Assembly: GCA_963765495.1 (NCBI GenBank)
Contig: CAVXWP010000007.1
Span: forward strand, 544,001 to 608,000
Direction of reading: 5' to 3'
From: Blastocatellia bacterium
GTDB lineage: Bacteria; Acidobacteriota; Blastocatellia; UBA7656
Length of the DNA: 64,000 nucleotides
Shown here: one piece after another, positions 1 through 11,700 of the stretch
Numbering within the stretch: the stretch's first letter is position 1
How the letters are laid out: each line of letters begins with the position of its first letter
The notes under the pieces: generated by a model
Seen by the model: only the letters and a program-made list of their open reading frames with translations
Databases searched by the model: none
Told to the model about the DNA's origin: nothing
Made by a program: the position numbers and the translations under genes

Positions 1-973
1 CAGAGACATAGCGGTGCGGGGTCACATCGAAAGCCGGGTTGGCCACTTCAACTCCATCCGGCGAGATCTGATTGCCCTTTATATGTGTGACCTCTTCATC
101 GGAACGCAGTTCGATAGGAATCTGCTCGCCGGAATTCAGCTTCAGATCCACGGTTGAAAGCGGCGCGGCCACGTAAAACGGGATGTTGTTTTCGTGCGCG
201 GCGACGGCAACCATATATGTGCCGATCTTGTTGGCCACATCGCCGTTTGCGGCTATGCGGTCAGCGCCTACGACAACGCAATCGACCTCGCCCGACTTCA
301 GGAAATGTCCGGCCATCCCGTCCGTGATTACGGTGACAGGGATATTATCCTTATTTAGTTCCCAGGCCGTGAGGCGAGCGCCCTGAAGAAAGGGGCGCGT
401 TTCATCGGCTATCACCCGCACGCGCTTGCCCGCTTCGACCGCCGCGCGAATCACGCCAAGCGCGGTGCCGAACCCGGCTGTCGCCAGCGCGCCCGCGTTG
501 CAATGTGTCAGCACCGTTGCTTCGTCGGGTATTAGCTCGGCTCCGAACCCGCCCATGCGGCGATTGCTTTCGATGTCTTCGCGGTGAACCGCGCGAGCCT
601 CTTCGATGAGTCGCTCTTTGATCTCTTCTACGGAAGCGCCTTCGCGTTTTGCCCGGCTAAAGATCCAGCGCATACGCTCCACGCCCCAGAAGAGGTTGAC
701 CGCCGTGGGCCGCGTCCTGAGAATCCGGTCGCATATCTGTTCGAATTCGGGTTCGAAATCTTCTATCGAGGCGGCGGCGGAATTCTTTGCGCCGATGGCG
801 ACTCCCATCGCCGCTGCCACTCCTATAGCCGGCGCTCCGCGCACAACCATGTCTTCTATTGCGCGGGCCACTTCTTCGTGGGACTTGAAGACCGGGTATA
901 ATTCCTCTGTAGGCAACAGGCGCTGATCAATCATCACTACGCCTTCGTCTGTCCATTCAATAGTTTTTATCAT
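1..973 (-). CDS. mtnA: S-methyl-5-thioribose-1-phosphate isomerase (3' end runs off the window)
   Basis: Not in the ORF track. Manual translation from CAT at 971-973 gives [21 protein letters not shown]...[10 protein letters not shown]...TRPTAVNL...[11 protein letters not shown]...[17 protein letters not shown]...[18 protein letters not shown]...NPAFDVTP, which are MtnA/eIF2B-family motifs. Confidence 0.95.
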   Translation of the reverse strand, partial: MIKTIEWTDEGVVMIDQRLLPTEELYPVFKSHEEVARAIEDMVVRGAPAIGVAAAMGVAIGAKNSAAASIEDFEPEFEQICDRILRTRPTAVNLFWGVERMRWIFSRAKREGASVEEIKERLIEEARAVHREDIESNRRMGGFGAELIPDEATVLTHCNAGALATAGFGTALGVIRAAVEAGKRVRVIADETRPFLQGARLTAWELNKDNIPVTVITDGMAGHFLKSGEVDCVVVGADRIAANGDVANKIGTYMVAVAAHENNIPFYVAAPLSTVDLKLNSGEQIPIELRSDEEVTHIKGNQISPDGVEVANPAFDVTPHRYVS

Positions 974-1348
974 CGTCGCAAAGGATAATAGCCAATGGCA
1001 GCGCAGATTGGCAACAAATTGGCAGCGATGTCTTTTGTCGGGGAGGGAGAAGACAGAGGCGTTAACTTCTCGGGAAACTCCTGGCGTGCTCCGGGTACTT
1101 GGCGTATGGGCGAGAAATAGTTGCGCGCAAAGTCGCACAGTCGCACAGCACAAAAAGCTTTTTCACAAGCCAATCAGTCGATTCCTGCGACGCGGCTATG
1201 GATGTTGCCGGGTGGGTTGCCATCAACGGTGAAAAAGAATTTTGCCCGGGCTGTTATCAAGGTTATTATCACAGTGAACGGTTCGAATTTGAGATCTCGA
1301 ATCTCAGAGCCGATAACGTACTAATCTGAATAATGAGGTCAGCCGGTT

Positions 1349-1792
1349 ATGAGCATGATTTCCGCAAGCCACGAAGACGCGCAATTGATACTGAGACTCT
1401 ACGAGTTGCGCCGCGAAGAGAAGATGCGAGAGGCCCGCGAATGGTATGGAAAGAGCTTCTCTCCGCGTTCCATAGATGATTTAAAGGCGCTTTTCAGCAC
1501 TCCCGGCCAGGAGAACGCCTACTTCAGAATGGTTGTATCCTACTGGGACATGGCCGCCTCCTTTATAGTTCACGGAGTTCTCAACGGCGAGCTTTTTCTT
1601 GAATCAGGCAACGAGATGCTTTATGTCTGGGCAAAGATCGAACCCCTGATTCCCCAGATACGAGAGGTGATCGGTCTTCCGAGCTTTCTATCGAACATCG
1701 AACAGGCCATCGAAATCATCCCCGGCGCGCCCGATAGAGTGCACTTCCTCCGCGAGCGCATCGAGCGAAGCAAGCTCTCGTCAACCGAGTAG
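1349..1792 (+). CDS. Conserved hypothetical protein, DUF4760-like
   Basis: 147 aa. The DAQLILRLYELRREEKMREAREW...YWDMAAS pattern resembles an acidobacterial DUF4760-type family (recalled, not searched). Confidence 0.6.
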   Translation: MSMISASHEDAQLILRLYELRREEKMREAREWYGKSFSPRSIDDLKALFSTPGQENAYFRMVVSYWDMAASFIVHGVLNGELFLESGNEMLYVWAKIEPLIPQIREVIGLPSFLSNIEQAIEIIPGAPDRVHFLRERIERSKLSSTE

Positions 1793-1932
1793 TCCGGGAA
1801 ATCATTTCTCTTGCGCCTCCCGCCTTCGCAATTGTATATTACGAGGCGGGCAGGGACCCCTTGCCTGACCTCCCCCTACAGAATACGGCCCCTCTGATAA
1901 TCGTCCAAAATATCGAGCCAGAGGATTCAGTA

Positions 1933-2706
1933 ATGAGATCAGTAGCAGTCGCCTTGTTGACAGTTGTTTTGCTGACCGCCGCCGTGTCAGCCGGAACCGC
2001 CCAGGCGCAGAAAGCGCCCGCCTCACCTGCCGAAACAGTGATCAATTTTTACCGCGCTCTCAAACAGAAGCATTACCAGGAAGGGTTCCGCCACTCGGTC
2101 TACAGGGGGGCCGTCGAGGGGCTGACCGCTGCGGAGCTAAAGGACCTGGAAGATGATTTCGCCAGCACCTTTTCGGCAATCCCGGAAAAGATCGAGTCGC
2201 GCGGCGAGCAGATAACCGGAGAGACGGCTGTCGTCTTCCTGAAATTCGAAGGGATCGAAGAGGCGCAGCCGGTGGGACTGATTCGCGCAAACGGCGAGTG
2301 GCTCGTAGGCGATAAGGCGGCGCTCGATATGGTCAAGGCTCAGGGCACGGCCTTCTTTTTCAACACGCGAATGCAGGTTAATGAACAAGAGGCGTTTCAG
2401 ATGCTCCAGCGAATGATCGGCGTGGAATTGCTTTACTCTCGAAAATTCGAGGGCCGCGTTGCCACGATTGAAGAACTGGTAAAACTCAACGGCCTGCCCG
2501 CAGACATACAGGGCGGCGAATCGAGCGGCTACAGATTCACATTGACGGTGAGCGCGGACGGGAAATCATTCTTTGCGACCGCCACGCCGATGGTCTACGG
2601 CAAGAGCGGGCGAGTATCGTTTTACGCAGATCCGAACGGCGTGCGCGGCGAAGACATGCGAGGCCAACTGGCCGGCCTTAACTCACCGCTTTACCAGCCG
2701 AAATAG
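1933..2706 (+). CDS. Secreted protein with an NTF2/DUF4878-like domain and a pilin-like/DUF2950-like C-terminal domain
   Basis: ATG at 1933 follows GAGGA and gives a signal peptide (MRSVAVALLTVVLLTAAVSAGTAQA). SPAETVINFY...NGEWLV is DUF4878-like. SGYRFTL...ATATPMVYGKSGRVSFYADPNGVRGED resembles a pilin globular domain. Confidence 0.6.
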   Translation: MRSVAVALLTVVLLTAAVSAGTAQAQKAPASPAETVINFYRALKQKHYQEGFRHSVYRGAVEGLTAAELKDLEDDFASTFSAIPEKIESRGEQITGETAVVFLKFEGIEEAQPVGLIRANGEWLVGDKAALDMVKAQGTAFFFNTRMQVNEQEAFQMLQRMIGVELLYSRKFEGRVATIEELVKLNGLPADIQGGESSGYRFTLTVSADGKSFFATATPMVYGKSGRVSFYADPNGVRGEDMRGQLAGLNSPLYQPK

Positions 2707-2824
2707 CCCGGGCGAGGGCCGGTTGGCGATGCTACTATCAGTTCTAAAATCGACCGCCGGGACAACCTGCAAAATTCCTGATCTCTGTTGCCTGCAAGTC
2801 AAAAACTCAACGGCCCTGAGTGTC

Positions 2825-2854
2825 TTGACTCAATGTTCATAAATAAGCTAGATT
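2825..2854 (+). promoter_or_regulatory. Putative sigma70 promoter for the 1718-aa gene
   Basis: TTGACT-18 bp-TAGATT; GGAGG RBS before the ATG at 3003. Confidence 0.45.
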
Positions 2855-3002
2855 TCGTGCCGCTCTAAGTGGGGATAAACCGTTTTATTTCTTTCAGGTG
2901 AAATAAAGATAGTCAGGGGGGAAGAATCTGCTATTGCCGGGTTTTATAGCCACCTGAGCGGCTCTCTACATTTAAGTTTCAGTATTCAGTCGGAGGATCA
3001 AA

Positions 3003-6000
3003 ATGAAACCGCATTCACGCTCGCTTTGGATTGCTTTGTTTCTGGTAGCTTTATTTACAATGGTATCGATGGGCGGAGTTGTTCCCGTACGGGTTAGCGC
3101 TCATGGCCCTCAAGGTCAGTCAACCAAACCAGCGCCGCAAAAGGGCGTCGCACCAAAAGAAGATTCCGATGAAGGGGAAGACCCCGACTTGCCCCGTTTC
3201 GCAAACGGCAAGGTGGATAAAGAGGCTTATATGAGGGCCAGACAGGATAATATAAGCCTGATTCGGGGAGTTGATCTGAACGGCAAATTCGATCCGTCCC
3301 TGCGCGTCAAGGCCATACGCCAACTGGAATTGCAGGCAGCGGCAAATGCGCCTGTAATCACCACGGCGGCGTGGACACAGATCGGCCCGGCTCCTATCCC
3401 CAACGGACAGACACAGACGACGACGACCGCCGTGAGCGGGCGCGTCACGGTTGTGGAGATTGATCCGACAAATTCAAGCCGGCTTTATGTAGGCACGGCT
3501 CAAGGCGGCGTCTATCGCTCGCTTGACGGCGGCACGACATGGGCTGCGATATTCGACGGCGCTCAATCGCTCGCCATCGGCGCGCTTGCGCTTGTTCCTA
3601 CCGACCCGACCACGCTTTATGTAGGCACGGGCGAAGCAAACGGCTCGTGCGACAGCTTTGCCGGTGTCGGGTTGTATCGCATAGATACTGTGACGACCAC
3701 TCCTGTGCTTGTAGGCCCGATAAACCCGGTTCGCAACTACAACGATGCCGGGGGCAATCCGCAGAGCGTACCCGCTTTCAACGGGCGCAGCATAAGCAAA
3801 ATACTTGTAAACCCGACCGATCCCGGCTCGCTTCTTGTCGGGACCGCTGGCGGAGTCATAGGAATCGGTTGCGACTCACCGCTCGGCGGCGCGGTTCCGC
3901 CTCTTTCAACGAGAGGGCTTTATCGGCTGGCGAATGCGGACGGCGACCCCGCAGGAGTAACGGTTGAGAAGATACCTGTTGCCACGACCGCGGTTGCGGG
4001 CGGATGTTTCGATCTTCCCTGCACGGCAAATCGCAGCGTAAACGATATGGTCTATGATCCGGCGGACACCAATATCCTGACGCTGTGGCTGAACGGAATA
4101 AACGTATCGGGTGACGGAGGCATATGGCGTTCGACAAACGCGCAGTCCGCCTCTCCGACCTTCACGCAGGTCTTTACCACGACGGCCACAAGCACCTCGA
4201 ACGGCAGAGGGGTCTTTGCCATTTACAAGCAGGGCGCAAACCCTACGGTCATTTATGAAGGAAGCGGGGAAGCAAGCACGGGCGGAACGCTCTGCAACAG
4301 TTCCGCAAACCAGGGGGCGCTCAGAAGATCGACCGACGGCGGCGCTACGTGGTCTGCAAAGCTTCCGGGCGGCGGCGGTTTCTGCGGCGGGCAATGTTTC
4401 TATAATCTCGGCCTCGCGGTAGTTCCCGGCGCGACCACCGCTACGGATACGGTTTATGTGGCAGGAAACGTGCAGAGCGCAAACTGCGCGAAGCTGCTGG
4501 GGAAATCGCTTGACGGCGCTGCGACCGTTTTTGCCAATCTCGATAACGGTCTGCACGCCGATACCCATGTGGTTAAGATCGATCCCAACAACTCTTCGGT
4601 TATCTATCACGGCAATGACGGCGGGATATACAAATCAACAAACGCCGCAGCTTCGTGGACCAGCCTCAACAACACAGGCTTTCACGCCACGCAGTTTCAG
4701 AGCATAGCCACGCATCCTACTGATCAGTTTTATACCATCGGCGGCACGCAGGATAACGGGACGGAATTTCTACAGCCGACCAATATCTGGACGCGCGCCG
4801 ATGCCGGGGACGGCGGCTTTGCCATGATAGATCAGAACGCGGTCAATACGACCAATGTGACGATGTATCACACCTACTTCAATCAGGCCGGAACTCAGAT
4901 AGGCTATGCCCGCGCTACGACAGCGGGCGGAGCCTGGTCGTTTCTCGGCTGCTCAGGGTCGGGAACCACAAGAGGCATCAGTTGCACAAACACGGTGAAT
5001 TTCTATGCGCCGACGGCTCTTGGGCCGGGAAGCCCGAACGTAGTCTATCTCGGCACCGACCGCCTCTATCGCTCTACCGATACGGGCAACAACAACACAA
5101 TAGTCAGCCAGGCGCCGCTTGTGAGCGGCGTGCCCATAAGCAGCATAGCCATTTCGCCGTTGAGCGACCTTGTGCGCGTAGTGGGTCTCAACGACGGCTC
5201 GCTTTTTTACACGACTACCGGGTCATCTACGCTGACAAATTTAGACCCGTCAAACATGATCCCGAATAAATATGTGGGGCGAATAAAAGTCGATCCGAAT
5301 AACAGCAACACGGTTTATATCGCGCTCGCTGGCTACACGGGCGCTACTACGCCGGACAACTCGCATGTGTGGAAGGTGACAAACCTGAGCACGACCCCTG
5401 TGATAACCGCGATCAACGGATCGGGACCTGACGCCCTGCCCGATGTTCCTGTGAACGGCTTTGTGGTTGACCCGGTCAACTCGAACGTGCTCTATGCCGG
5501 GACCGACATAGGTGTTTACAGATCAACGGACGCGGGGGCCAACTGGATGCCGTTTGGCACGGGGCTTCCGATAGTCGCTGTTTTCGATATGGAAATAGCG
5601 CAGAAGGGGACCACCTCTGAAATCCTGCGAATCGCAACGCACGGTCGCGGAATGTGGGAGATTTCGCTTGCCCCGACGCTTGCCAAAGTAGTCGATATAA
5701 ATGCCAGCCGCTTTGATGACGGGCGCGTGCTCGTAGAGTGGCAGACCGGCAGCGAGGTGAACAACCTCGGCTTCAATATTTATCGCGAGCAGGACGGCCA
5801 GCGCATTCGCGTGACTCCGCAACTCGTCGCAGGCGCGGCGCTCGTAACAGGTGCGGGAAGGTCACTGCTTTCAGGCCATACATATCAGTGGGCGGATATC
5901 CCGCCCGCAAATGCCAGAAAGGTGAGCTACTGGCTTGAAGACGTAGACCTCAACGGCCAGAGTTCGTGGACCGGGCCTATTGAGATAAAGCTCGCTCACG

Positions 6001-8159
6001 GCAAGAAATCCGACATAGATCTCAGGTCGGTGACGTTGGGCAGCCTCGGTATGCATCAGGCGCAGGTGACGGGCGGGGTCGGAACCGAGATAGCAGAGCG
6101 AGCGGCGGAAGTTCGAACGCTCACCCCGGCAGCTCAGGCTTCTCAGACCGCGATTGCTTCCGCCCCAGCCGTAAAGATCGGTGTGAAGCAGGAGGGCTGG
6201 TACAGGGTTAGTATGGCCGAACTCCTCGCGGCGGGGCTCAACCCGAATGCCGATCCTCGCAATCTGAAGGTTTTTGTAGACGGTCAGGAAATCCCAATCG
6301 TAGTCAAGAACGCGCCGTCCGGCTCGCCCGATGCGGTTGAATTTTACGCAGTAGGTCTGGATTCCGTCTCATCCAATATCCGCACCTACTGGGTAGTGGC
6401 GACAGATACCCCGGGGCTGAGGATCAGTCCTCAATCGGGCAAGGCCGGGACAATTACGGCGGGAAGCTTCCCCTACACCGTTCAAAGAAAGGATCGGACC
6501 ATATACTTTTCGGCGCTAAAAAACGGCGAGAAAGAGAATTTCTTTGGCCCGGTCGTTTCATCATCACCAATAGACCAGACGCTCACGCTCACGCATGTAG
6601 CTCAATCCGACGCTTCGGCCACGCTCGAAGTAGCTATGCAGGGCGTGACCCGACTGGCGCACGCGGTTACGATAACGCTCAACGGTGAGGCTGTGGGAAC
6701 GCTGAATTTTGCCGGGCAGGCTGCCGGGGTTGCCCGCCTCTCGATTCCGCAATCGAAACTGAAGGAAGGAAGCAACATCGTTCGGTTGACGGGCGGAAGT
6801 TCCGGCCAGGACGTGAGCCTCATCGATTCGATCAGCATCACCTATCAGCACAGCTATATCGCCGATAGCGATGCGCTTCAGCTCACGGCTGAGGCCGGTC
6901 GCCAGATTACTATAGACGGGTTCACGAGCGCATCGGTACGGGTCGTGGATGCCACCAACCCCGATTCCGTTCAGGAACTGGCCGCAACGGTCAAATCCGG
7001 CAAGTCGGGATTTTCCGTCACGGCCACTGCTCAAGGGTCGGGGGATCGCACTCTTCTGGCCTTTGGCGATTCGCAGGTAAGGCATCCGGTCTCGATTGTT
7101 TACAACCAGCCCTCGAACTGGCGGCAGTCAACTACAAGCGCTGACCTGATTATCATCACACGTCAGGATTTCATGACGAGCGTGCAGCCGCTTGTCAGCG
7201 CAAGACAGAATCAGGGGCTTTCTGTGGCTGTCGTCGATGTCGAGGACATCTATGATGAATTCAGCTTTGGCCATAAATCGCCGCAGGCGCTCAAGGATTT
7301 CATACTCTACGCGAGAAATTCCTGGGCAACGCCCGCTCGTTTTGCGCTGCTTGTCGGCGACGGCAGCTTCGATCCGAAGGACTATCTCGGCTATGGAAAT
7401 GCGGACCTCGTGCCGAGCAAACTCATAGACTCTCAGTTTGTAGAGACTGCCTCCGACGACTGGTATGCCGACTCAAACGAAGACGGTCTGGCGGAAATAG
7501 CCGTGGGACGTCTGCCGGTTCGCACCGCTCAGGAGGCCGCCGTTATGATTTCAAAGATCGTAGCCTTTGACCGCCAGGGAGTCACAAATTCGGTGTTGCT
7601 GGTCTCCGACAGCAACGACGGCTATAACTTTGAAGCCGCCAGCGCGCAGGTTCGAGGCATCATACCCGCCGGGATCAATGTGGAGCAGATTGACAGAGGG
7701 CAGGTGGGAACCCTTACGGCAAAGAGCCAGTTGATCGACGCAATAGCGCGAGGACAGAAGATAGTCAATTACACGGGGCACGGAAACGCGACCATTTGGA
7801 GAGATAATCTTCTGACGGCAGCAGACGCCAGAAAGCTGACCAACCGCACCCATCTGCCGCTGTTTGTTACGATGTCGTGTTTGAACGGGTATTATCAAGA
7901 CCCGGTGCTCGACTCGCTGGCCGAATCGCTGATGAAGGCCGAACGCGGCGGAGCCGTTGCCGTGTGGGCTTCATCGGGACTGACCGAGCCAAGCGGTCAG
8001 GTGGTTATGGATCGTCAGGTATTTCAGTTTATCCTGAACTCCACCGGCTCAGGGATGCGTCTGGGAGAAGCCGTTCTTGGAGCGAAGGCTTCCGTATATG
8101 ACGGCGATCTTCGCCGTACGTGGATACTTTTCGGCGACCCGACGATGAGGCTAAGATAA
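3003..8159 (+). CDS. Giant secreted protein: BNR/Asp-box beta-propeller passenger (VPS10/GH74-like), Ig-like domain and PorU-like C25 cysteine peptidase module
   Basis: N-terminal signal/TM segment. Asp-boxes YRSLDGGTTW, RRSTDGGATW and YRSTDAGANW. Junction APTLAKVVDI...EWQTGSEVNNLGFNIYR. C25 motifs DIYDEFS, LLVGDGSFDPK, AVGRLPVR, NYTGHG, MSCLNG and LFGDPTMRLR. Confidence 0.85.
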   Translation: MKPHSRSLWIALFLVALFTMVSMGGVVPVRVSAHGPQGQSTKPAPQKGVAPKEDSDEGEDPDLPRFANGKVDKEAYMRARQDNISLIRGVDLNGKFDPSLRVKAIRQLELQAAANAPVITTAAWTQIGPAPIPNGQTQTTTTAVSGRVTVVEIDPTNSSRLYVGTAQGGVYRSLDGGTTWAAIFDGAQSLAIGALALVPTDPTTLYVGTGEANGSCDSFAGVGLYRIDTVTTTPVLVGPINPVRNYNDAGGNPQSVPAFNGRSISKILVNPTDPGSLLVGTAGGVIGIGCDSPLGGAVPPLSTRGLYRLANADGDPAGVTVEKIPVATTAVAGGCFDLPCTANRSVNDMVYDPADTNILTLWLNGINVSGDGGIWRSTNAQSASPTFTQVFTTTATSTSNGRGVFAIYKQGANPTVIYEGSGEASTGGTLCNSSANQGALRRSTDGGATWSAKLPGGGGFCGGQCFYNLGLAVVPGATTATDTVYVAGNVQSANCAKLLGKSLDGAATVFANLDNGLHADTHVVKIDPNNSSVIYHGNDGGIYKSTNAAASWTSLNNTGFHATQFQSIATHPTDQFYTIGGTQDNGTEFLQPTNIWTRADAGDGGFAMIDQNAVNTTNVTMYHTYFNQAGTQIGYARATTAGGAWSFLGCSGSGTTRGISCTNTVNFYAPTALGPGSPNVVYLGTDRLYRSTDTGNNNTIVSQAPLVSGVPISSIAISPLSDLVRVVGLNDGSLFYTTTGSSTLTNLDPSNMIPNKYVGRIKVDPNNSNTVYIALAGYTGATTPDNSHVWKVTNLSTTPVITAINGSGPDALPDVPVNGFVVDPVNSNVLYAGTDIGVYRSTDAGANWMPFGTGLPIVAVFDMEIAQKGTTSEILRIATHGRGMWEISLAPTLAKVVDINASRFDDGRVLVEWQTGSEVNNLGFNIYREQDGQRIRVTPQLVAGAALVTGAGRSLLSGHTYQWADIPPANARKVSYWLEDVDLNGQSSWTGPIEIKLAHGKKSDIDLRSVTLGSLGMHQAQVTGGVGTEIAERAAEVRTLTPAAQASQTAIASAPAVKIGVKQEGWYRVSMAELLAAGLNPNADPRNLKVFVDGQEIPIVVKNAPSGSPDAVEFYAVGLDSVSSNIRTYWVVATDTPGLRISPQSGKAGTITAGSFPYTVQRKDRTIYFSALKNGEKENFFGPVVSSSPIDQTLTLTHVAQSDASATLEVAMQGVTRLAHAVTITLNGEAVGTLNFAGQAAGVARLSIPQSKLKEGSNIVRLTGGSSGQDVSLIDSISITYQHSYIADSDALQLTAEAGRQITIDGFTSASVRVVDATNPDSVQELAATVKSGKSGFSVTATAQGSGDRTLLAFGDSQVRHPVSIVYNQPSNWRQSTTSADLIIITRQDFMTSVQPLVSARQNQGLSVAVVDVEDIYDEFSFGHKSPQALKDFILYARNSWATPARFALLVGDGSFDPKDYLGYGNADLVPSKLIDSQFVETASDDWYADSNEDGLAEIAVGRLPVRTAQEAAVMISKIVAFDRQGVTNSVLLVSDSNDGYNFEAASAQVRGIIPAGINVEQIDRGQVGTLTAKSQLIDAIARGQKIVNYTGHGNATIWRDNLLTAADARKLTNRTHLPLFVTMSCLNGYYQDPVLDSLAESLMKAERGGAVAVWASSGLTEPSGQVVMDRQVFQFILNSTGSGMRLGEAVLGAKASVYDGDLRRTWILFGDPTMRLR

Positions 8160-8193
8160 GGTCTCCGCTCATATCCGGCGGTTAAACGATCTG

Positions 8194-8235
8194 GGGCTGA
8201 AAATGCGGTTTTAGCTGCATTTTCAGCCCTTTTTT
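8194..8235 (+). terminator. Rho-independent terminator
   Basis: Stem GGGCTGAAAATGCGG / CTGCATTTTCAGCCC followed by a T-run, 35 bp after the stop codon. Confidence 0.85.
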
Positions 8236-8331
8236 ATTCGAGTCGAAAACCCTTGAGGGGCTTTCTATCTATGCCGCCTCAAAAAGAGCCCAATAAAAAG
8301 CTTTCAACAGGGAAAACCGGGGATTTTCTGC

Positions 8332-8360
8332 TTGACTTAAATTTACGACAAGCATAAATT
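8332..8360 (+). promoter_or_regulatory. Putative sigma70 promoter for the 2017-aa gene
   Basis: TTGACT-17 bp-TAAATT, about 410 nt upstream of the ATG at 8772. Confidence 0.55.
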
Positions 8361-8771
8361 AGCCTCCATCAAGGGGAAGCAGTAACCAATTCAGTATGAG
8401 TATTCAAGAGCGAACAAGGGTCTTCTTGCTGAGGGCGGCCTTTCAGCCTCAGCTTACGGGTTGAAGACTAAGACACACCTTATTTTTAGTCGGTCATGAA
8501 AGACCGGCTTGAAGTTTGATTCAACTTAACAATCTGTTTTTGTAAGGCAGCTTTGCGCTGCGCCTGATACGTCAGTTTCTCGTTTTGAGGCTCCGGCTTG
8601 GCATCGGTTTAGCCCGACAGCCACAGGCAACACGCCGGGTGATGATCAGCCGCTGGCCGCGATGTAGAAACTGTATATCGGCGAGTTGGGTGGTGGCGTT
8701 CCTTATCAAATGGGATAGGAGCTAACTGCTAATGAATAACATATCGAGAAGAGATTAATGGAGAGTCCCCA

Positions 8772-11700
8772 ATGAAGATATCAAAGAAGAATTTGACACT
8801 GAAAAAATCGAGTGGACGGCTGATCGTCGCCACAACATTGATGTTTTTCTTATCAGTCATATTTTATCCAGTGACGCAGGGCCAGAATGGGTCGCAGGGC
8901 CAGAATGTAATCGAGCGCGCAACTGCGACGCTTGATGGGTCCGCGCTTGAAAGTGGAAAGAAGGCCCAGGCCTCAAGGGGACTGGGTGAAAGCGGCGCTA
9001 AAGGCTCGGGGGTCTCCGGCTCCGGCTCCGGCTCAGCCACTAAGCAGTCTCCAAACGTGGGCGAAGTTGCCAGTAATTACACCTTTGCCACAAATACCAC
9101 CGCGTCGCTTACCGATATGAGCACCGGCACAACTCAATTGCTCGGGCCAAACATTGACGACACCGCTTCGGCGCTCACCAATATCGGGTTTGACTTCTAT
9201 TTTCAGGGGGCGCGCTTCAGCCAGTTCTCGATCAATGAGAACGGCGTGTTTCGTCTAGGCGCAACCGCGCAGAGTTCTACTCCCTACAAGCCGCTTGCGC
9301 AGGCCGGTATTCCGATCATCACCGCTTACGGCGCAGACCAGCGGACGCACGCCGGAGACGGCAAAGTGCATTTCAAGGTGACCGGCTCGGCCCCGAACCG
9401 CGTGCTGACGGTTGAATGGCTCAACAACCAGGCCAATTTCAACACGGGCGGGACGGCAGACCTCACCTATCAGGTCAGACTCTATGAAACGACCGGCGTG
9501 ATCGAACTCGTCTACGGCAGCATGACGATGAGCGCTGCCGGGGCGGCCGATGCCAATTCAAGAGACCCGAACATCGGGTTTTCTTCGAGCAACACGGTCG
9601 GGACGGTCGGCTCTGTGACCGCCGCGCAAAGCGGCACACCCGCGCCGACATTCGACGGGACATCGGCCACAGCGGTGGCGAATCTTTATACGGCTGGCGC
9701 GATCACGGTGCTTACCTCTGCTACTAACGGCTCAAGGCGGATTTTTAGTTTCACGCCACCGACACCGACCGCGCCGACCGGCTTAAATTTCACCGGCGTC
9801 GCCCCGACCGCGATGATGCTCAACTGGACGGATTCACCAAATGAAACCATCTATGCCATATACCGCTCAACCGATGGCACAAACTTCACCTTCGACGGCA
9901 CGGCGGCACAGAACGCGACCTCATACGCGGCGTCGGGTTTGAATCCCAGCACGACTTATTTCTGGCGCGTGTTTGCCGTATCCGAAGGCGCGTTGAGCAC
10001 GGCGCTATCGGGCAGCCAGATGACATCGCCTGCCGGAATCGTTATGTCAACGGCTGCCGGCGGCAATTGGAGCAACCCGGCGACGTGGGTCGGGGGCAGC
10101 GTTCCTATCGCCAGCGACAATGTGACGATAGTTGACGGCGCGACCGTAACGATTGACACGGCGGCCGTAGCTTTGAACGTCACCGTAGGGCAGGGATCAT
10201 CCGGCATCTTGCAGTACGAGACTACGACGGCCCGCACGCTCACCGTTGGGCAGTCAGTGGTGGTATCGGCAGGAGGCACTTTCCAATCAGCCGCGACCGG
10301 CACCGTTACCACGCACGTTCTTTCGGTCGGAACGGATTTGACAAACAACGGCAATATTGATTTCAGCACCAACAGCAACACGGCGGGCGCGGGCATCACC
10401 TTTACCGGCGCAAACGACGCATCCTTTACCCTCGGCGCTGCCAGCACTACCGACTTCAAACAGACCGCTGGCGTCACCTTAAATAAGGGAACCAACAACA
10501 CGCCGGTTCTGACCTTCCTGCCCGGCGGCACAGTCACCGTATTGGGCGCTAATGCGGTCGGTTTCCTCACTATCACAAACGGCACGTTCAAGCTGTCGGG
10601 TGCCAATACATTCAGTAACCCGGTCTTTAACGCGGCGGCTTATTCGATTCCCGCGACGGGCGGATTCTGGATGAACAATGCCAACGCCACCGTCGTCGGG
10701 CTGAACGGCACGTCCACCCTTACGGGTATGTTCAGAATGTCGCAAGGCACGTTCAACATAGGCATCGCCACAGGCAACTCGATGGGCTTTGCTACGGGCA
10801 GTAACATTCTTGTGGAAGGGGGCGCAATAAACGCCACAGGCCGATTCGCCGTGTCGGCTTCAACCAGTGTCATTACCTACAATCAATCCGGCGGTACGAT
10901 CACTGTTTGCACCATCGGTAATGCCTCGACCACTCTCGCCAATTTCGACCTGGGAACCGCCATCGGGTCTACCGTTAACATAACCGGCGGCACGATCATC
11001 GTTCAACTCGCGAACACGGGAGGGTCCGGCCCGCGCGATTATCGCCATCAAGCCGGTACGACCGGGATTTTGAGCGTGACGGCGGGGACATTGCAACTGG
11101 GCAATGCCGCGTCAGGCGCAGCAAAGGCGTTCAACATCGCCGGTGTGCTTCCGAACCTTGTACTGAATAATGCCTCGGCCAATCATTCGGCGACCTTCCT
11201 GGCCCCGGTAGCCTTCAACAACATCTCGCTCGACATCACAATCAACACGGGCAATACGCTGAACATCGGCAACAATGTGTTTCTGATGAACGGGGCTACG
11301 TTAACCAATAATGGAACCTTGACCGCGAACGGAGCGAGTTCCAATTTTGTCTGGTTTCTGACGACGGCTCCGCAGATGTATACCGGCAGCGGCACGGTCA
11401 CAGCGCCGGTGACCAATTTCGCCATACAGTCAGACATGGGGCTGACCATTGACCCGGCCTCGTCCAACATCGTGGTCGGCGCAATCCGATTGTTCAGCGG
11501 CAATCTGATCAATTCCAACAAGATCACGCTAGGCAACGGCGGCGCTACCACAGGCATAGTGCAAATCGGCAATACGACTACGCCGACCGCAGCCGGAACT
11601 TTCGATGTGCCGTTTACCTTCAACCTCGGCACGGGCGGCGAAACGGTATCCTACTTGAGGACGACCTTGACCAGGACTACAGGGCCGGAGATCAATCCGA

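Noticed and set aside
183-1329. Short ORF-track entries at the window start
   Set aside because: They are antisense shadows of mtnA or lie in the divergent promoter region, and show no protein-like motifs.
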